64,000 bases of DNA from Anaeroplasmataceae bacterium. GTDB taxonomy: Bacteria > Bacillota_I > Bacilli_A > Acholeplasmatales > Anaeroplasmataceae. How positions within the stretch are numbered: the stretch's first letter is position 1; every line of letters starts with the position of its first letter. This document shows positions 43,631 to 53,877 of this stretch, piece by piece. Position numbers and translations under genes: made by a program. The notes under the pieces are model-generated. The model had not been told where the DNA came from and did no database searches. It worked only from the letters and a program-made list of their open reading frames with translations. The DNA is taken from contig CAVAQB010000092.1 of the NCBI GenBank assembly GCA_963590725.1, forward strand, positions 32,864 to 96,863, given 5' to 3'.

Positions 43631-44672
43631 CTTTGAAATATAAAGTTACAGCTGCACGTCTAAGTAGCTCCTTAAATTCATTGTTTCCTAATTTAAATAG
43701 TTCAGGAGTCATAGGAGTTACTTTAGTAGCATATGTTGTATAATTTCCAGTCGGAGGTACTGTTGATACCCATAGGAAATTAGAGCATACTTTAAATTTC
43801 TTTGGAAATCCATAAAATTGTTTAGCACATAAAGATAATAAGAAACAATACATAGTCATTTCTCTATAATAATGATATTTAAGTATTTGTTCATCACTAT
43901 TATTAAGAGTTCTACCTATTGTTTTAACATCATTTACAGTAATTACATTATTCTCTTTATCTATAGTATAATTATCCAATTTACTCTTTAATCGTATTGT
44001 AAATTCAGGTAAATCAGGACATTTAACTACAGCATCTAAAAGAATGGCTTGTTCACATTCTGAAATAGGGTCTTCCAATAATCCTGTAGGATGTAACAAA
44101 TTCTGTACTTTCTTATTATTCTTTAATGCTGAAATACAACCTTTAGCTTTATCTAGATTTTTAGAGTCCAAATATGTAGAAACATTCGGGTTACTCTTTA
44201 AGAACTCTTCTAATTTAGAAAGATATTCTTTAATAGAAGGCAAGATTTCATGAATTTTACTTTCTTTAGGATTTCCTTTGTAGTAATCTACTATATTACA
44301 TGCTTCTAGAAACTCATCTTTAGTAAAATCAGCTAATTTACCTCCTTTACGCATACTGGCAAGTTCATCAGCAATAAAACCAACTTTAGCACTAGGTCTA
44401 CTTAAATCGGGACATAATGAAAATAATTCTGGTTGTAATGTTTGTTCATGTACTATAGTACCTAATGACAAACTATCACTAAATATACGATTACCTTTAA
44501 ATCCAGCTAAAAATTTCTCAGGAGAACCACCATTGTTAGGGTCTATGAATCCCAAACGTGAATTACTGATATAATCAGAATATTCAGTTGAAAAATATTC
44601 AGCATCAGATATTTTTTGCAATCTTAAAGTATCCAATAGAGGAGTAATTTTAATATCTTCTATTAAGTTCAT
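43593..44672 (-). CDS. RecB-family PD-(D/E)XK exonuclease
   Basis: Ordered motifs GTIVHEQ, KSKLDNY, VNDVKTI, QILKYHYY (GxxxH / D / DxK / QxxxY). Confidence 0.65.
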   Translation of the reverse strand: MNLIEDIKITPLLDTLRLQKISDAEYFSTEYSDYISNSRLGFIDPNNGGSPEKFLAGFKGNRIFSDSLSLGTIVHEQTLQPELFSLCPDLSRPSAKVGFIADELASMRKGGKLADFTKDEFLEACNIVDYYKGNPKESKIHEILPSIKEYLSKLEEFLKSNPNVSTYLDSKNLDKAKGCISALKNNKKVQNLLHPTGLLEDPISECEQAILLDAVVKCPDLPEFTIRLKSKLDNYTIDKENNVITVNDVKTIGRTLNNSDEQILKYHYYREMTMYCFLLSLCAKQFYGFPKKFKVCSNFLWVSTVPPTGNYTTYATKVTPMTPELFKLGNNEFKELLRRAAVTLYFKDAIQVEEYFQSL

Positions 44673-45168
44673 ATTGTTTATACATATTTTCTATTTCTTC
44701 ATAATCTAGAGAGTATATTCTAAAAGGTGTATTATACTCTTTATTTTGTTCTGAATCTATAAGTAGACAAGGTATTCCTTTACTGTTAAGGTCTTCGAAT
44801 ATATGAATAGAATCATCTATAAACACATCAACACGACCTCTTAATGTAGCAGCTTTACTACAATTATAACCTGGAATTTGATATAAAGGACTATTAGGTA
44901 ATCCTCTTTCTTTTAAATATCTTTTAGTCCACTTTTTATTATTAATTCTACAACTGCAATAAAGTTTAGGAACAAAATTAGGTCTCCTTAAAATAGGGAG
45001 ACCTAACCAAAATTCACGTTCGTGAATTAAAATGTTATTGACGTTTCTAGTAATAGCCCAATCTTTATTTGGGAATTTACTAAAACGTTCTAAATAACCT
45101 TTAGAAAAACCAGCAATTGTATCGTCTATGTCTAAACCTATTCTTAGTTTAGAATTCGTCTTTATCAT
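44650..45168 (-). CDS. HAD-superfamily 5'(3')-deoxyribonucleotidase-like hydrolase
   Basis: N-terminal DxDxT motif (GLDIDDTIAG) and distal FIDDS. Confidence 0.65.
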   Translation of the reverse strand: MIKTNSKLRIGLDIDDTIAGFSKGYLERFSKFPNKDWAITRNVNNILIHEREFWLGLPILRRPNFVPKLYCSCRINNKKWTKRYLKERGLPNSPLYQIPGYNCSKAATLRGRVDVFIDDSIHIFEDLNSKGIPCLLIDSEQNKEYNTPFRIYSLDYEEIENMYKQYELNRRY

Positions 45169-45364
45169 ATATGTTACCTAAATAAATATCTTTATAAGTA
45201 GCTTTTTTAACAAAATCATTCCAAGTACCTGTCACAGGTATATCTTCATAATTTTCTCTTATTTGTTCTTCAATCTTATCTTGTGCTTCTACATAATTTG
45301 AAGCATTTACTGATAGAATATACACATCTGTATAATCATCAACAGGACAAAGAAATGTACTCAT
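45149..45364 (-). CDS. Hypothetical protein
   Basis: Intact 71-aa acidic ORF. Confidence 0.5.
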   Translation of the reverse strand: MSTFLCPVDDYTDVYILSVNASNYVEAQDKIEEQIRENYEDIPVTGTWNDFVKKATYKDIYLGNIYDKDEF

Positions 45365-45897
45365 TTTGCTATCAATTTATAAAATAGTTCGACTGGAATT
45401 ATTGCAACTGTACCTTTACTAATAGAACCTTCTTCTGCTGATTTTTTCCATAATAAACAGAAAGGCTTTGATGTATCGGTACAAGCATCTCTAATTGTAT
45501 AATAATTTGGTAAATTTTGTGTATGTTTACATTGAATATTAACAGGTAGTTCACCTAAAGTATCAATTATATCTAGTTTATTATTATCAGCAGCTTTACT
45601 TTCTCCTGCCGATCTTACACAACCTTCATAACCAATATCTTTTAGATTCTTAACTACTTCAAATTCAAATCCTTTACCTTTATTTTTACTCTTTTTTGCT
45701 TGAAAGTGTCTTTTGGTATGTTCATCTAACCATTCAAATAAGGTCTTATCTTTACCTCCACACCCTTTCTTATTACATCTAATTTTGATGGTTGCAATAG
45801 ACAATCCTGTTTTTTCTGAAGCTTCTTCAATACTTTTAAATGATTCTTTATGACCATCCTTGAAAGTAGCTTCACACGCTGTATTTAATTCAGCCAC
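45361..45897 (-). CDS. Hjc-like Holliday junction resolvase with N-terminal HTH-like domain
   Basis: GFEFE...x30...KLDIID...IQCK matches the E/D/ExK archaeal-type resolvase pattern. Confidence 0.5.
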   Translation of the reverse strand: MAELNTACEATFKDGHKESFKSIEEASEKTGLSIATIKIRCNKKGCGGKDKTLFEWLDEHTKRHFQAKKSKNKGKGFEFEVVKNLKDIGYEGCVRSAGESKAADNNKLDIIDTLGELPVNIQCKHTQNLPNYYTIRDACTDTSKPFCLLWKKSAEEGSISKGTVAIIPVELFYKLIAK

Positions 45898-46889
45898 CTA
45901 TTTTTTAAACATTGTATTTGATTTTTAAGAAACTGCTTGAATTTTTGTTCACCTAAAATTTTCCTAGTATCAGATACATCTTTAGCTATATTTCTTGGGA
46001 TCCAACAATAAAACAATTCAGGGTGTTGTTTTTTTATTTTTCTCATATTAGAAATTCCAGCTAAATCATTATCATATAATACTACAATATATTTAAACCT
46101 CTCTTTTAAAGAAGATAAAACAGAATCACTTACAAACAAATTTTCAGAATTAGGAGCTATAGCAGGAATACCTACAGAATACAAAGTCATACAATCCTTC
46201 ATAGATTTAGTTATAACACACACTTTACCCGTTTTAGGTAATTGTTCATAACCTTGTATCTTTTTTGCATCCCAATTACTTAAAAATCTATATTCTTTTC
46301 TTTGTGGAAAATAAATTCTCCATAATTCTATTTTATCTTTAAACCCTCCAAAATAACCATACATCATATTACTTTTACTAGATTTACTAAAATGATTTCC
46401 ATTAAGCCAAACATTCTTACAAGAAAACACTTTAAATTTCTTTAATATTTTTTCTGTAATACCATATTTAGCCCACCATTTTAATTCGTCTTCTGAAAAA
46501 TTTTGTATTTCAGCTTGAATTATCGCTTGGAAGGATTCTTTAAATTCAGGAACTATCTTAATAGGTTTTTTATTTATGTTTCCATTTTGAATATATCCAA
46601 AATCAGAAGCAATTATTCGTAAAGCTGTATAATAATTACAACTATATTTAAACATTACTACTTTAATAAAATCGCCATAGAAAGCACCTGAAAAATCCTT
46701 AAATATTAAATCCCCATTCCTGTTCTTATAAAAAGAACAGGTAGGGGTTTTATCACTTCTAAGAGGAGATTTAAATAATCCTTTTTTAACGGGAATACCT
46801 AGATAATAACTCATATAGGTTTCCGCATTACATTTAGATAATAAAAATTCCTTAGTAATTTCTGGTTCTATATTAAAATTTAATTTCAT
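45885..46889 (-). CDS. DnaG-like (TOPRIM) DNA primase
   Basis: Degenerate Zn-finger region SDKTPTCSFYKNRNG...FKDFSG and TOPRIM acidic motif VVLYDNDLAG. Confidence 0.7.
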   Translation of the reverse strand: MKLNFNIEPEITKEFLLSKCNAETYMSYYLGIPVKKGLFKSPLRSDKTPTCSFYKNRNGDLIFKDFSGAFYGDFIKVVMFKYSCNYYTALRIIASDFGYIQNGNINKKPIKIVPEFKESFQAIIQAEIQNFSEDELKWWAKYGITEKILKKFKVFSCKNVWLNGNHFSKSSKSNMMYGYFGGFKDKIELWRIYFPQRKEYRFLSNWDAKKIQGYEQLPKTGKVCVITKSMKDCMTLYSVGIPAIAPNSENLFVSDSVLSSLKERFKYIVVLYDNDLAGISNMRKIKKQHPELFYCWIPRNIAKDVSDTRKILGEQKFKQFLKNQIQCLKNRWLN

Positions 46890-46901
46890 CTTAAAATTAG
46901 T

Positions 46902-46921
46902 TAGTATCTACATAGATACTA
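46902..46921. repeat. 20-bp perfect palindrome upstream of the primase start
   Basis: TAGTATCTA-CA-TAGATACTA, 13-32 nt upstream of ATG 46889. The 2-nt centre argues for a protein-binding site rather than an RNA hairpin. Confidence 0.6.
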
Positions 46922-46972
46922 TATTTTAAAGAGAACTCAAATTAATTTCAAACCATCAATTAAATTTATTAT

Positions 46973-47659
46973 TTAAAGATCATTCAAAATATCATCGTCG
47001 ATGTCATCAGCTACTGCAGACTGAGTTGCGACGGTCTCAGCCATCTTAGTAGGTTTAGCTGACTCGAGTTCTTTCTTCTTATTAAGTTCCCATGCAGAAA
47101 GAGTTACCTTATCACCCAAGAACTGGTCTCGGATAAATACAGTATTAGTCTGACTATTAATTGCCAAGAAATTTGGAATTGCAGCAAAAGTACGACCGTT
47201 GTTATTACGAGCACCCAACTTAAACTTCAGTGTTGTTGTAGGATTGCCGATACATTTCTTAAATGCTTCAATAAACTGGTCAAAAGTACTAAGTTTAGGC
47301 AATACTGCAACAAATTTATCATAGCCTGCGGGATTATAGTTACGAATTACATATTTAAAGAACTCAACAGTTCTTTCAAAATCTGATGGAAGAATTGATT
47401 CATGTCCATTAGAATTAGTAACAGTTCTACGTTCCAAGCTCTTCTGAGTTGGTGCAAATATACTTTCTTTGTAAGTACCTTCACTACAAGAGAACTTTAT
47501 ATCATATCTTGTCCAATTATTACCATTTGCTGATGTTCCAGTTACAGGACCATCAATTCCGTCAAACTTTACATTGTCATAGATTGTGTAAGGACGAAGA
47601 TAGTTAGAAGAACTTACTGTTGTTTCTGCTGCGAATGAACCAAAATTAAAATTTTCCAT
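46973..47659 (-). CDS. Putative single-stranded DNA-binding protein (acidic C-terminal tail)
   Basis: C-terminal tail VADDIDDDILNDL, higher GC, and a position between the primase and the recombination ATPase. Confidence 0.5.
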   Translation of the reverse strand: MENFNFGSFAAETTVSSSNYLRPYTIYDNVKFDGIDGPVTGTSANGNNWTRYDIKFSCSEGTYKESIFAPTQKSLERRTVTNSNGHESILPSDFERTVEFFKYVIRNYNPAGYDKFVAVLPKLSTFDQFIEAFKKCIGNPTTTLKFKLGARNNNGRTFAAIPNFLAINSQTNTVFIRDQFLGDKVTLSAWELNKKKELESAKPTKMAETVATQSAVADDIDDDILNDL

Positions 47660-47664
47660 AATTT

Positions 47665-48243
47665 TTAAATATTAAAATTAAAGTTTGTTATTTCTGTTAT
47701 ATTATCTGAATTATCTCCAAGCAAATCTGCCAAATCTGAATCATCTACGATGTCAACAGATTCACCATCATCTATTACTTCTACTGTATCATCTATTACT
47801 TCTACAGGAGCTTTATTGCCTTTAAGACAAAATACTCCTTCTTTTGTGGGATGTGCTTCTAAAATGAATTCTGTTCCATATTCAGAAAGTTCTTTATTAG
47901 CAATTCCACGAAAACTTACCGTATTCTTTTTAGTAAGTTTATTACCACCTTTAGTACCAAAAGTGGTATTAATACCAATAATAGGTATTATTACTTTACC
48001 TTGCTGCTCAAATTTAATTTCAAGCCTATCATCTGCAACTGCTCTTAATAGATCAACTGCTGATTGAGTAAGAACATACTTATTAGATTCAAGCACAAGT
48101 TTTGGACCTTCATCTTTAATAGGTTCCTCTTTCTTTTTGGTTACTTTTTTACCAAAATCTTTTATTTCACCTGTAGTTGGGTCTATTGCTTCCCAACTAC
48201 AAGTATCTGTGTTGTAATACAACTCGAATTTAATCCTCGCCAT
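47665..48243 (-). CDS. Hypothetical protein with strongly acidic C-terminal region
   Basis: VEVIDDTVEVIDDGESVDIVDDSDLADLLGD repeat-like acidic tail. Confidence 0.55.
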   Translation of the reverse strand: MARIKFELYYNTDTCSWEAIDPTTGEIKDFGKKVTKKKEEPIKDEGPKLVLESNKYVLTQSAVDLLRAVADDRLEIKFEQQGKVIIPIIGINTTFGTKGGNKLTKKNTVSFRGIANKELSEYGTEFILEAHPTKEGVFCLKGNKAPVEVIDDTVEVIDDGESVDIVDDSDLADLLGDNSDNITEITNFNFNI

Positions 48244-48928
48244 TATACTCTTTAATAGTTTTAATTACAGCATTTAAATCATTATCTATAAGCAACTCAT
48301 CAAACAATCCCATAGGTGTTTTAGCTGTACAAGTTCCATCGGAATTAGTTTTGAATTTGTAAGCTGGATTACCATCGTCATCACGAGTTACTTCAGTGAA
48401 GAAAACATAAGTAAACAAACCCTCCAAAGTAATAACATTATCAATCATTTTACCTTGAGTCTTGATTTTATAATAAGGATTAAGCTTGTCACCTGTGTTC
48501 TCACTGTGAGTGAGAATAACTACATACAAATCATCACGCAAATTCATTGCATCTTTAATTACTTGATATGCATGCTGTGCCATCTGCGTAAACTTATCAT
48601 AACCTTTATCAGCAGCACGATCCATTGCTTCAAAACCCATCACATATTGATAATCGTCAATAATAACGGTTTTAATTTCAGGAAGTCTAGTATCAATAAG
48701 TTTTAACATTTTTCCAATGTTATCAACATTAGAAGCAGTGTAAAAATTACCTGATATAACTTTCGTAATTTTATCTATTGTTACTGAAGGATACATCTTT
48801 TTAGCTCCTTTGATACCAGGACGCTTTCCTGTTGTAGAAATAATAAATGTTTCGTTTGGATTAAGATTTCTAATACTTGTGGTCTTTCCACTACCACTTT
48901 CTCCTACTACTGCTATAAGTTCAGCCAT
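48230..48928 (-). CDS. AAA_24/Sak4-like recombination ATPase
   Basis: N-terminal Walker A VVGESGSGKTTS and Walker B-like TVIIDDYQ. Confidence 0.7.
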   Translation of the reverse strand: MAELIAVVGESGSGKTTSIRNLNPNETFIISTTGKRPGIKGAKKMYPSVTIDKITKVISGNFYTASNVDNIGKMLKLIDTRLPEIKTVIIDDYQYVMGFEAMDRAADKGYDKFTQMAQHAYQVIKDAMNLRDDLYVVILTHSENTGDKLNPYYKIKTQGKMIDNVITLEGLFTYVFFTEVTRDDDGNPAYKFKTNSDGTCTAKTPMGLFDELLIDNDLNAVIKTIKEYNGED

Positions 48929-50001
48929 TATATTACAAAATTTAAAGGTTTATTAGTATTATCATCTGTTTTTTCTTGCCATAGCCAATCTGTATTTGTA
49001 TATTTTTCGTAATTATAAATATCATCAGGTTTAGGAAGTTCTGTAAACCAACCTATTTTACCATAAAATGCACAACCTACTTCAACATCAGATTCACCAT
49101 ATCTATTCTTTAATACAGTAATTGCTCTAAAGTTACTTTCTAGTTGTGAAATATCGTATTTTCGATAAGTTCTCAATTTTTCCCTGTAAGGAGAAAAGAT
49201 TGAAAGAATAATTTCACTATCTTGAGCAGGTGCTCCTGTATCTTTCATATCATTGATAGTTAAATTATTCATTCCTTCCTTTCTTCTATCCATTGATGAT
49301 GATTCTCTATTAGCTTGCATTATCACTAATGGGCTAATTTTACACCTATTTCTAAGTGTTACTAAATAAGAAGAAATAATATCCATTTCCTGTTTCAAAC
49401 TATGTCCGTCTACAGGTTGAACTAAAGATAAATGGTCAATTACAACTAAAGTAATAACTTCTTCATCTTTTGGAACATAAATTTTACGATGTCCTTCTTC
49501 TTTAAACTCTCCTGCCATTTCCATTTCTTTTAATAAAGATGCATAAAGAGTTTTAGAATTAAGACCTTTATCATATACCGTAATAATTTCTTCCATTTGT
49601 TTTAACCAAGGTAGACATTGTTTAACTATTTCATAGTTTTCATCAGAAAGAATATAATCTTTCTTCCGAGATAACAACTCTTTAGTAGATAACTCTATGT
49701 GATATTTTTCAAATATATAAAGACTAAGGAGTTTAGCAAATAACATTTCAGAGTTCATCTCTAAACTATAATATATTACTTTAAACTTCTTATCATTTAG
49801 ATGTTCCATAGCTGGTCTATAAATGAATGAATATAAAGCTAGAGTAGTTTTACCTATTCCGCTAGGGGAGAATACTAAAGTATATGTTCCCTGTGTTACT
49901 CCATCAATTATAGATTCCAACTTTGGTAATCCTAATGAATAACCTTTATTTCGACCTTCTCTACCTAGAGTTATTTGATGCATTAAAGTATTTGCAATCA
50001 T
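48928..50001 (-). CDS. DnaB-like (SF4) replicative helicase
   Basis: Walker A SPSGIGKTT, Walker B LVVIDHLSLV, and a RecA-fold C-terminal region. Confidence 0.75.
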   Translation of the reverse strand: MIANTLMHQITLGREGRNKGYSLGLPKLESIIDGVTQGTYTLVFSPSGIGKTTLALYSFIYRPAMEHLNDKKFKVIYYSLEMNSEMLFAKLLSLYIFEKYHIELSTKELLSRKKDYILSDENYEIVKQCLPWLKQMEEIITVYDKGLNSKTLYASLLKEMEMAGEFKEEGHRKIYVPKDEEVITLVVIDHLSLVQPVDGHSLKQEMDIISSYLVTLRNRCKISPLVIMQANRESSSMDRRKEGMNNLTINDMKDTGAPAQDSEIILSIFSPYREKLRTYRKYDISQLESNFRAITVLKNRYGESDVEVGCAFYGKIGWFTELPKPDDIYNYEKYTNTDWLWQEKTDDNTNKPLNFVI

Positions 50002-50606
50002 ATCATCTTCACATTGTCTAATTTAACATTACCTTCATCACGAAGTGTTTGTAAATCAAGCCAACTGTGGTCACATATAAAATTTGCTAATGATTTATTC
50101 AAGTCAACATTATTATCTTTAGCCCAATCAAGTAAATTAATAATTTCTCTATGAGTATCTGGATTCCATTTAATAATTTTTCCGTACTTACGCCAGGCAT
50201 CTTCTAAATCATTAAATTTACGAGAAACATTACGTAATCCAACTAAATTACCATTTATTGTAGCAAATTGTGGATAATGCATAAATAATTCTTCACCCAT
50301 ATCTCCTGAAGCTTTAAATATATTTTTCTTAAAGTTCTTATTGAACTCTATATCATATATATCTAATTTCTCTCCTTTATTTGGAATTTTATAAGATTTA
50401 AGAATAATACCTTTATTTTGTAAAGATACTAAATTATCTCTTAAACTTCCTCTTACTTCTTCAGAAATATTAAGATAACGTCTAAGATATTCATCTTCAC
50501 TCTCTTGCGCTAATAATAACAATCTAACTATATAAAATTCTTGAGGTGTCAGTTGGTAATGTTCCATTACCGACAACTCATTATCAATATCAAAATTTAA
50601 AGACAT
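49998..50606 (-). CDS. Hypothetical protein (possible replication initiator/loader)
   Basis: 202-aa ORF translationally coupled to the helicase. No firm motif. Confidence 0.5.
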   Translation of the reverse strand: MSLNFDIDNELSVMEHYQLTPQEFYIVRLLLLAQESEDEYLRRYLNISEEVRGSLRDNLVSLQNKGIILKSYKIPNKGEKLDIYDIEFNKNFKKNIFKASGDMGEELFMHYPQFATINGNLVGLRNVSRKFNDLEDAWRKYGKIIKWNPDTHREIINLLDWAKDNNVDLNKSLANFICDHSWLDLQTLRDEGNVKLDNVKMI

Positions 50607-50675
50607 TAATGTAGTTTAAAATTAATTTCTCAACTAATCTTAACTACAATCATTTAATCTCTTTTCAGAGTTTTA

Positions 50676-50822
50676 CTAAATTGTATAGTCCTTTAGAAAC
50701 TCCTCTTGCAGAGCTTTATATGCTTCTTTAATTTCTTCAATGTCATACTTATTCGGGTCTAATTCTCCATTTTTTAGTAAAAACCCAAACAAGAGTAGTC
50801 TCAAATATCTTTCTTTAGTCAT
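50676..50822 (-). CDS. Hypothetical small protein (48 aa) ending in tandem TAG-TAA
   Basis: Read manually: MTKERYLRLLLFGF... TAG 50676-50678 is followed immediately by an in-frame TAA at 50673-50675. Confidence 0.4.
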   Translation of the reverse strand: MTKERYLRLLLFGFLLKNGELDPNKYDIEEIKEAYKALQEEFLKDYTI

Positions 50823-50823
50823 A

Positions 50824-52095
50824 TTAAAAACGAAATGTTAATTTAGGAATTTTCTTTTTATAAGGTGTTATTTCTTCATGATTTAATACTTGGTTTAATC
50901 CTTCTTCATCAATCACAGTATAATTAGATTTAGTATGAGATTTTCTAAACCATTCTGTTTCAGCACTATTATCAATAATAATGTTGAAAACTTCAGCATT
51001 TTTATCCCCAAACTTTCTTGCTACTCTACCCACACGTTGTTGTGCTTTAATAGTAGAAGAATCAATACCTAACATTATTGCAATTGATAAATCAGGTACA
51101 TCCAATCCTTCATTTGCTTTACTACAGCTATTTATGACTCTTATATCACCTTTTTGCAATTCTTCTAAAGTTGCACGACCTTTTTTCTTACTATCTTTTC
51201 CAGTATAAACTTTACCATATCCAATAGATTCAGCCATAGCTACGTTATTAGAAAAAGTAATAATTTTAGCATCAGGGCGAGCTTCTATAATTTTCTTAGC
51301 AATTTCTACTTTCTTAGGATGATTATTAATAAAAGCTTTTCTAGCCTGCATAGCTCTCATAAAAGATGTATAATGATATAAAATAGATTTTAATGTTGCA
51401 GATTTTTCTTCAGCACTTCCACGAGGACAAAGTTTATCTCTATAAGCTAATCTATTTCTATAATCAGTCATAGACATAGCTACTGAGAAATCAAAGTTAA
51501 AGAATCCAAAATGCTCTGTAAATTCCTTATTATACTGTTTATATTCCGCAATATTATCAACTTCTATTAATACCTCATATTCTTTATATGGAGAAATCCA
51601 ACCATTTGATAAACAATCTTGTAAAGAAACTGTATCACATACAGGACAATACTTTTTTAAAAGAATTTCTTTACCGTCAAGTCTTTCTATAGTTGCTGTT
51701 AAACCAAGTATAAACCTATAAGAAATTAAATCAAATATTCTTTGAAATGTAGATGACACAAATCTATGTATTTCATCTAATATTAACAAATTACATTCAT
51801 ATTTAACTTCTTTTAAGGCAATGGAATTAATAACATATACCTTACAATTTAAACCATATCCTAGATTATCTAGAATATTTTCCCATTGTTCTTTTAATGT
51901 TGTAGTTGGAACAACCACAATTATTTGGAATTCAGGATGTTTAGCTAGAAATCTACCAATCAAATTAGTACCAACTCTGCTTTTACCAAATCCAGTAGCT
52001 GCTACTACAGTAGCATGACCTTTAGCTTTAATCCAATTATCCAAACATTGTGCTTGTCTTTCATCTCTACTTACACATCCGAATAAATCAGCCAT
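50824..52095 (-). CDS. SF2 DEAD/DEAH-box type helicase
   Basis: Motif I ATGFGKS, II LDEIH, III TAT, VI QRVGRVAR. Confidence 0.8.
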   Translation of the reverse strand: MADLFGCVSRDERQAQCLDNWIKAKGHATVVAATGFGKSRVGTNLIGRFLAKHPEFQIIVVVPTTTLKEQWENILDNLGYGLNCKVYVINSIALKEVKYECNLLILDEIHRFVSSTFQRIFDLISYRFILGLTATIERLDGKEILLKKYCPVCDTVSLQDCLSNGWISPYKEYEVLIEVDNIAEYKQYNKEFTEHFGFFNFDFSVAMSMTDYRNRLAYRDKLCPRGSAEEKSATLKSILYHYTSFMRAMQARKAFINNHPKKVEIAKKIIEARPDAKIITFSNNVAMAESIGYGKVYTGKDSKKKGRATLEELQKGDIRVINSCSKANEGLDVPDLSIAIMLGIDSSTIKAQQRVGRVARKFGDKNAEVFNIIIDNSAETEWFRKSHTKSNYTVIDEEGLNQVLNHEEITPYKKKIPKLTFRF

Positions 52096-52994
52096 TAAAT
52101 TGTCAAATCCCAGCCTTTAAGTTTGCGGACTTGGTCAATTTGCTGAATTATAGTCTTCCACTGGTCTATATGAATATTTACTTCATCTTCCAATTGGTAA
52201 AGCAATTTATCACGCAACAATGTAAGCTGATCTGTTGTGAGTTCTGAATACAAACAAGTACGCAATTGTACTGCTGCTCTAAATTGAGTATAATTCAATT
52301 TAGCATTCTCCTCATCAATGTTAAATCTTATATTATTACGCAAACCAAGTCGTTCTTTTATTACTTTAAGTCTATTACGAATTTTACCGTTTTCATCCTT
52401 CTCCATCAAATCACGCATTTCTTGATGTGTAAACCACAATGGAAATTTAGTGATAAAATTCAATGTGATATGTTTTCTAGAGAATACGCCAAGATTATCA
52501 AGACAAGCATCAATAACCATATCTATTGGAATATCTTCAAATTCTTCTGGAATTCCACTAAGTATACTCAAAGGAAGTTTCTTAATTTGCTCCATAAGAG
52601 GTTTACCTTCTATAGGTTTAACATTATGTTTAGCTGCAATAGTTTCAGCATTAGCATTAAGGAATGTTCTCAATTCTTCCTGATACTTAAATTTAGGATA
52701 CTTATTTTTCTCCAAATGTCTTTTATAAAGTTCAGCATTACATTTCATTCTCTGCTGCTTAATAATCTTCAATAGAGTATATCTACCTGGATTATTCTTA
52801 TTTGTACTATACAGCATAGAAACACAATGATCTAAACACTTTTGAAGTTGTTCTTGTGTCATATCAATCAATCGTATTTCTTCCTGAACTTTAATATCTC
52901 CAACAGTCTTTTTCGGACCTTTCCACACGTAAGTCTTTACGTCATTCTCTTTAGCAATTTGTGCACTTGCTAGTGCTTCTCCAACTGTACTCAT
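52095..52994 (-). CDS. Hypothetical protein
   Basis: Intact 299-aa ORF. Confidence 0.6.
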   Translation of the reverse strand: MSTVGEALASAQIAKENDVKTYVWKGPKKTVGDIKVQEEIRLIDMTQEQLQKCLDHCVSMLYSTNKNNPGRYTLLKIIKQQRMKCNAELYKRHLEKNKYPKFKYQEELRTFLNANAETIAAKHNVKPIEGKPLMEQIKKLPLSILSGIPEEFEDIPIDMVIDACLDNLGVFSRKHITLNFITKFPLWFTHQEMRDLMEKDENGKIRNRLKVIKERLGLRNNIRFNIDEENAKLNYTQFRAAVQLRTCLYSELTTDQLTLLRDKLLYQLEDEVNIHIDQWKTIIQQIDQVRKLKGWDLTI

Positions 52995-53026
52995 TCTTTT
53001 TTCATATAAAATTAATTTAAAATTAT

Positions 53027-53377
53027 CTATAAAGTTATATCAATATCTTCTTCAGTTTTAACTGGAATAAACTTTATGAAATGGATGTGGTCATACTTAT
53101 GCTTTACAAAAGTACGACCATTCCACCATTCTGTTATTCCTTTTAAAACTTCTTCGCAATATAAATAGCCGCAATCTCCTAATTTAAAACTACGTTGAGA
53201 CCAATTTGGATACCTTACACACATTATATATTTAGTTCCTAGTCTTTTTATTTCATCATCTTCTAAAACTTGAAATACATAAGTAGTATATCCGTTAATT
53301 TCACGTAAATAATCTATCAAAGTGCAATATGTTGTTATTTTATGAGTATTCACAACATCCATATTTTGCAAAATCAA
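53027..53377 (-). CDS. Hypothetical protein
   Basis: Intact 116-aa ORF; TAG stop. Confidence 0.55.
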   Translation of the reverse strand: MILQNMDVVNTHKITTYCTLIDYLREINGYTTYVFQVLEDDEIKRLGTKYIMCVRYPNWSQRSFKLGDCGYLYCEEVLKGITEWWNGRTFVKHKYDHIHFIKFIPVKTEEDIDITL

Positions 53378-53490
53378 AGTTTAGATTATCCTGTCCTATA
53401 AAACAAGGATGTCTTCTACAATTATTGCAAGAACGTTGTGGAAACTTATACCTATAACCGCTCGAATCTTTTAATATTTTATCAACAGCT

Positions 53491-53877
53491 TTAGACATGA
53501 ATTAAAGTAATAATAAGTGCGTATAAAGAAATTCCACAAATAGTCCAAGTTTTTAAATGATTCCAAAATTTTGATTTTTTCAAAGCTTTTGTACTTTTTT
53601 CTATTTCCTGTTGATAACTGTTAATTTTCATATTATTTAAAGAATCCAAAGTCTCATAATTTACTATTATTTTGGAATAATCCGAAATAATATTTTGTTG
53701 TACTTTATTTTCTTTTAATAACTTATTATGCTCATTAAAAATCAAATTGGTTTGTTTTAACTGAGTCGGAGTTATCACAATTATAGAGTCTTCCACACTA
53801 ACTTTGTAAGTATTTTGTGAAATACAAGTAATCGGAATCAATAGACTAAATCCGAATAATAGAATCCTACTAAACAT
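53491..53877 (-). CDS. Putative lipoprotein with coiled coil and C-terminal TM helix
   Basis: Signal/lipobox-like LLIPITC at the N-terminus and a C-terminal hydrophobic segment WTICGISLYALIITLIHV. Confidence 0.5.
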   Translation of the reverse strand: MFSRILLFGFSLLIPITCISQNTYKVSVEDSIIVITPTQLKQTNLIFNEHNKLLKENKVQQNIISDYSKIIVNYETLDSLNNMKINSYQQEIEKSTKALKKSKFWNHLKTWTICGISLYALIITLIHV

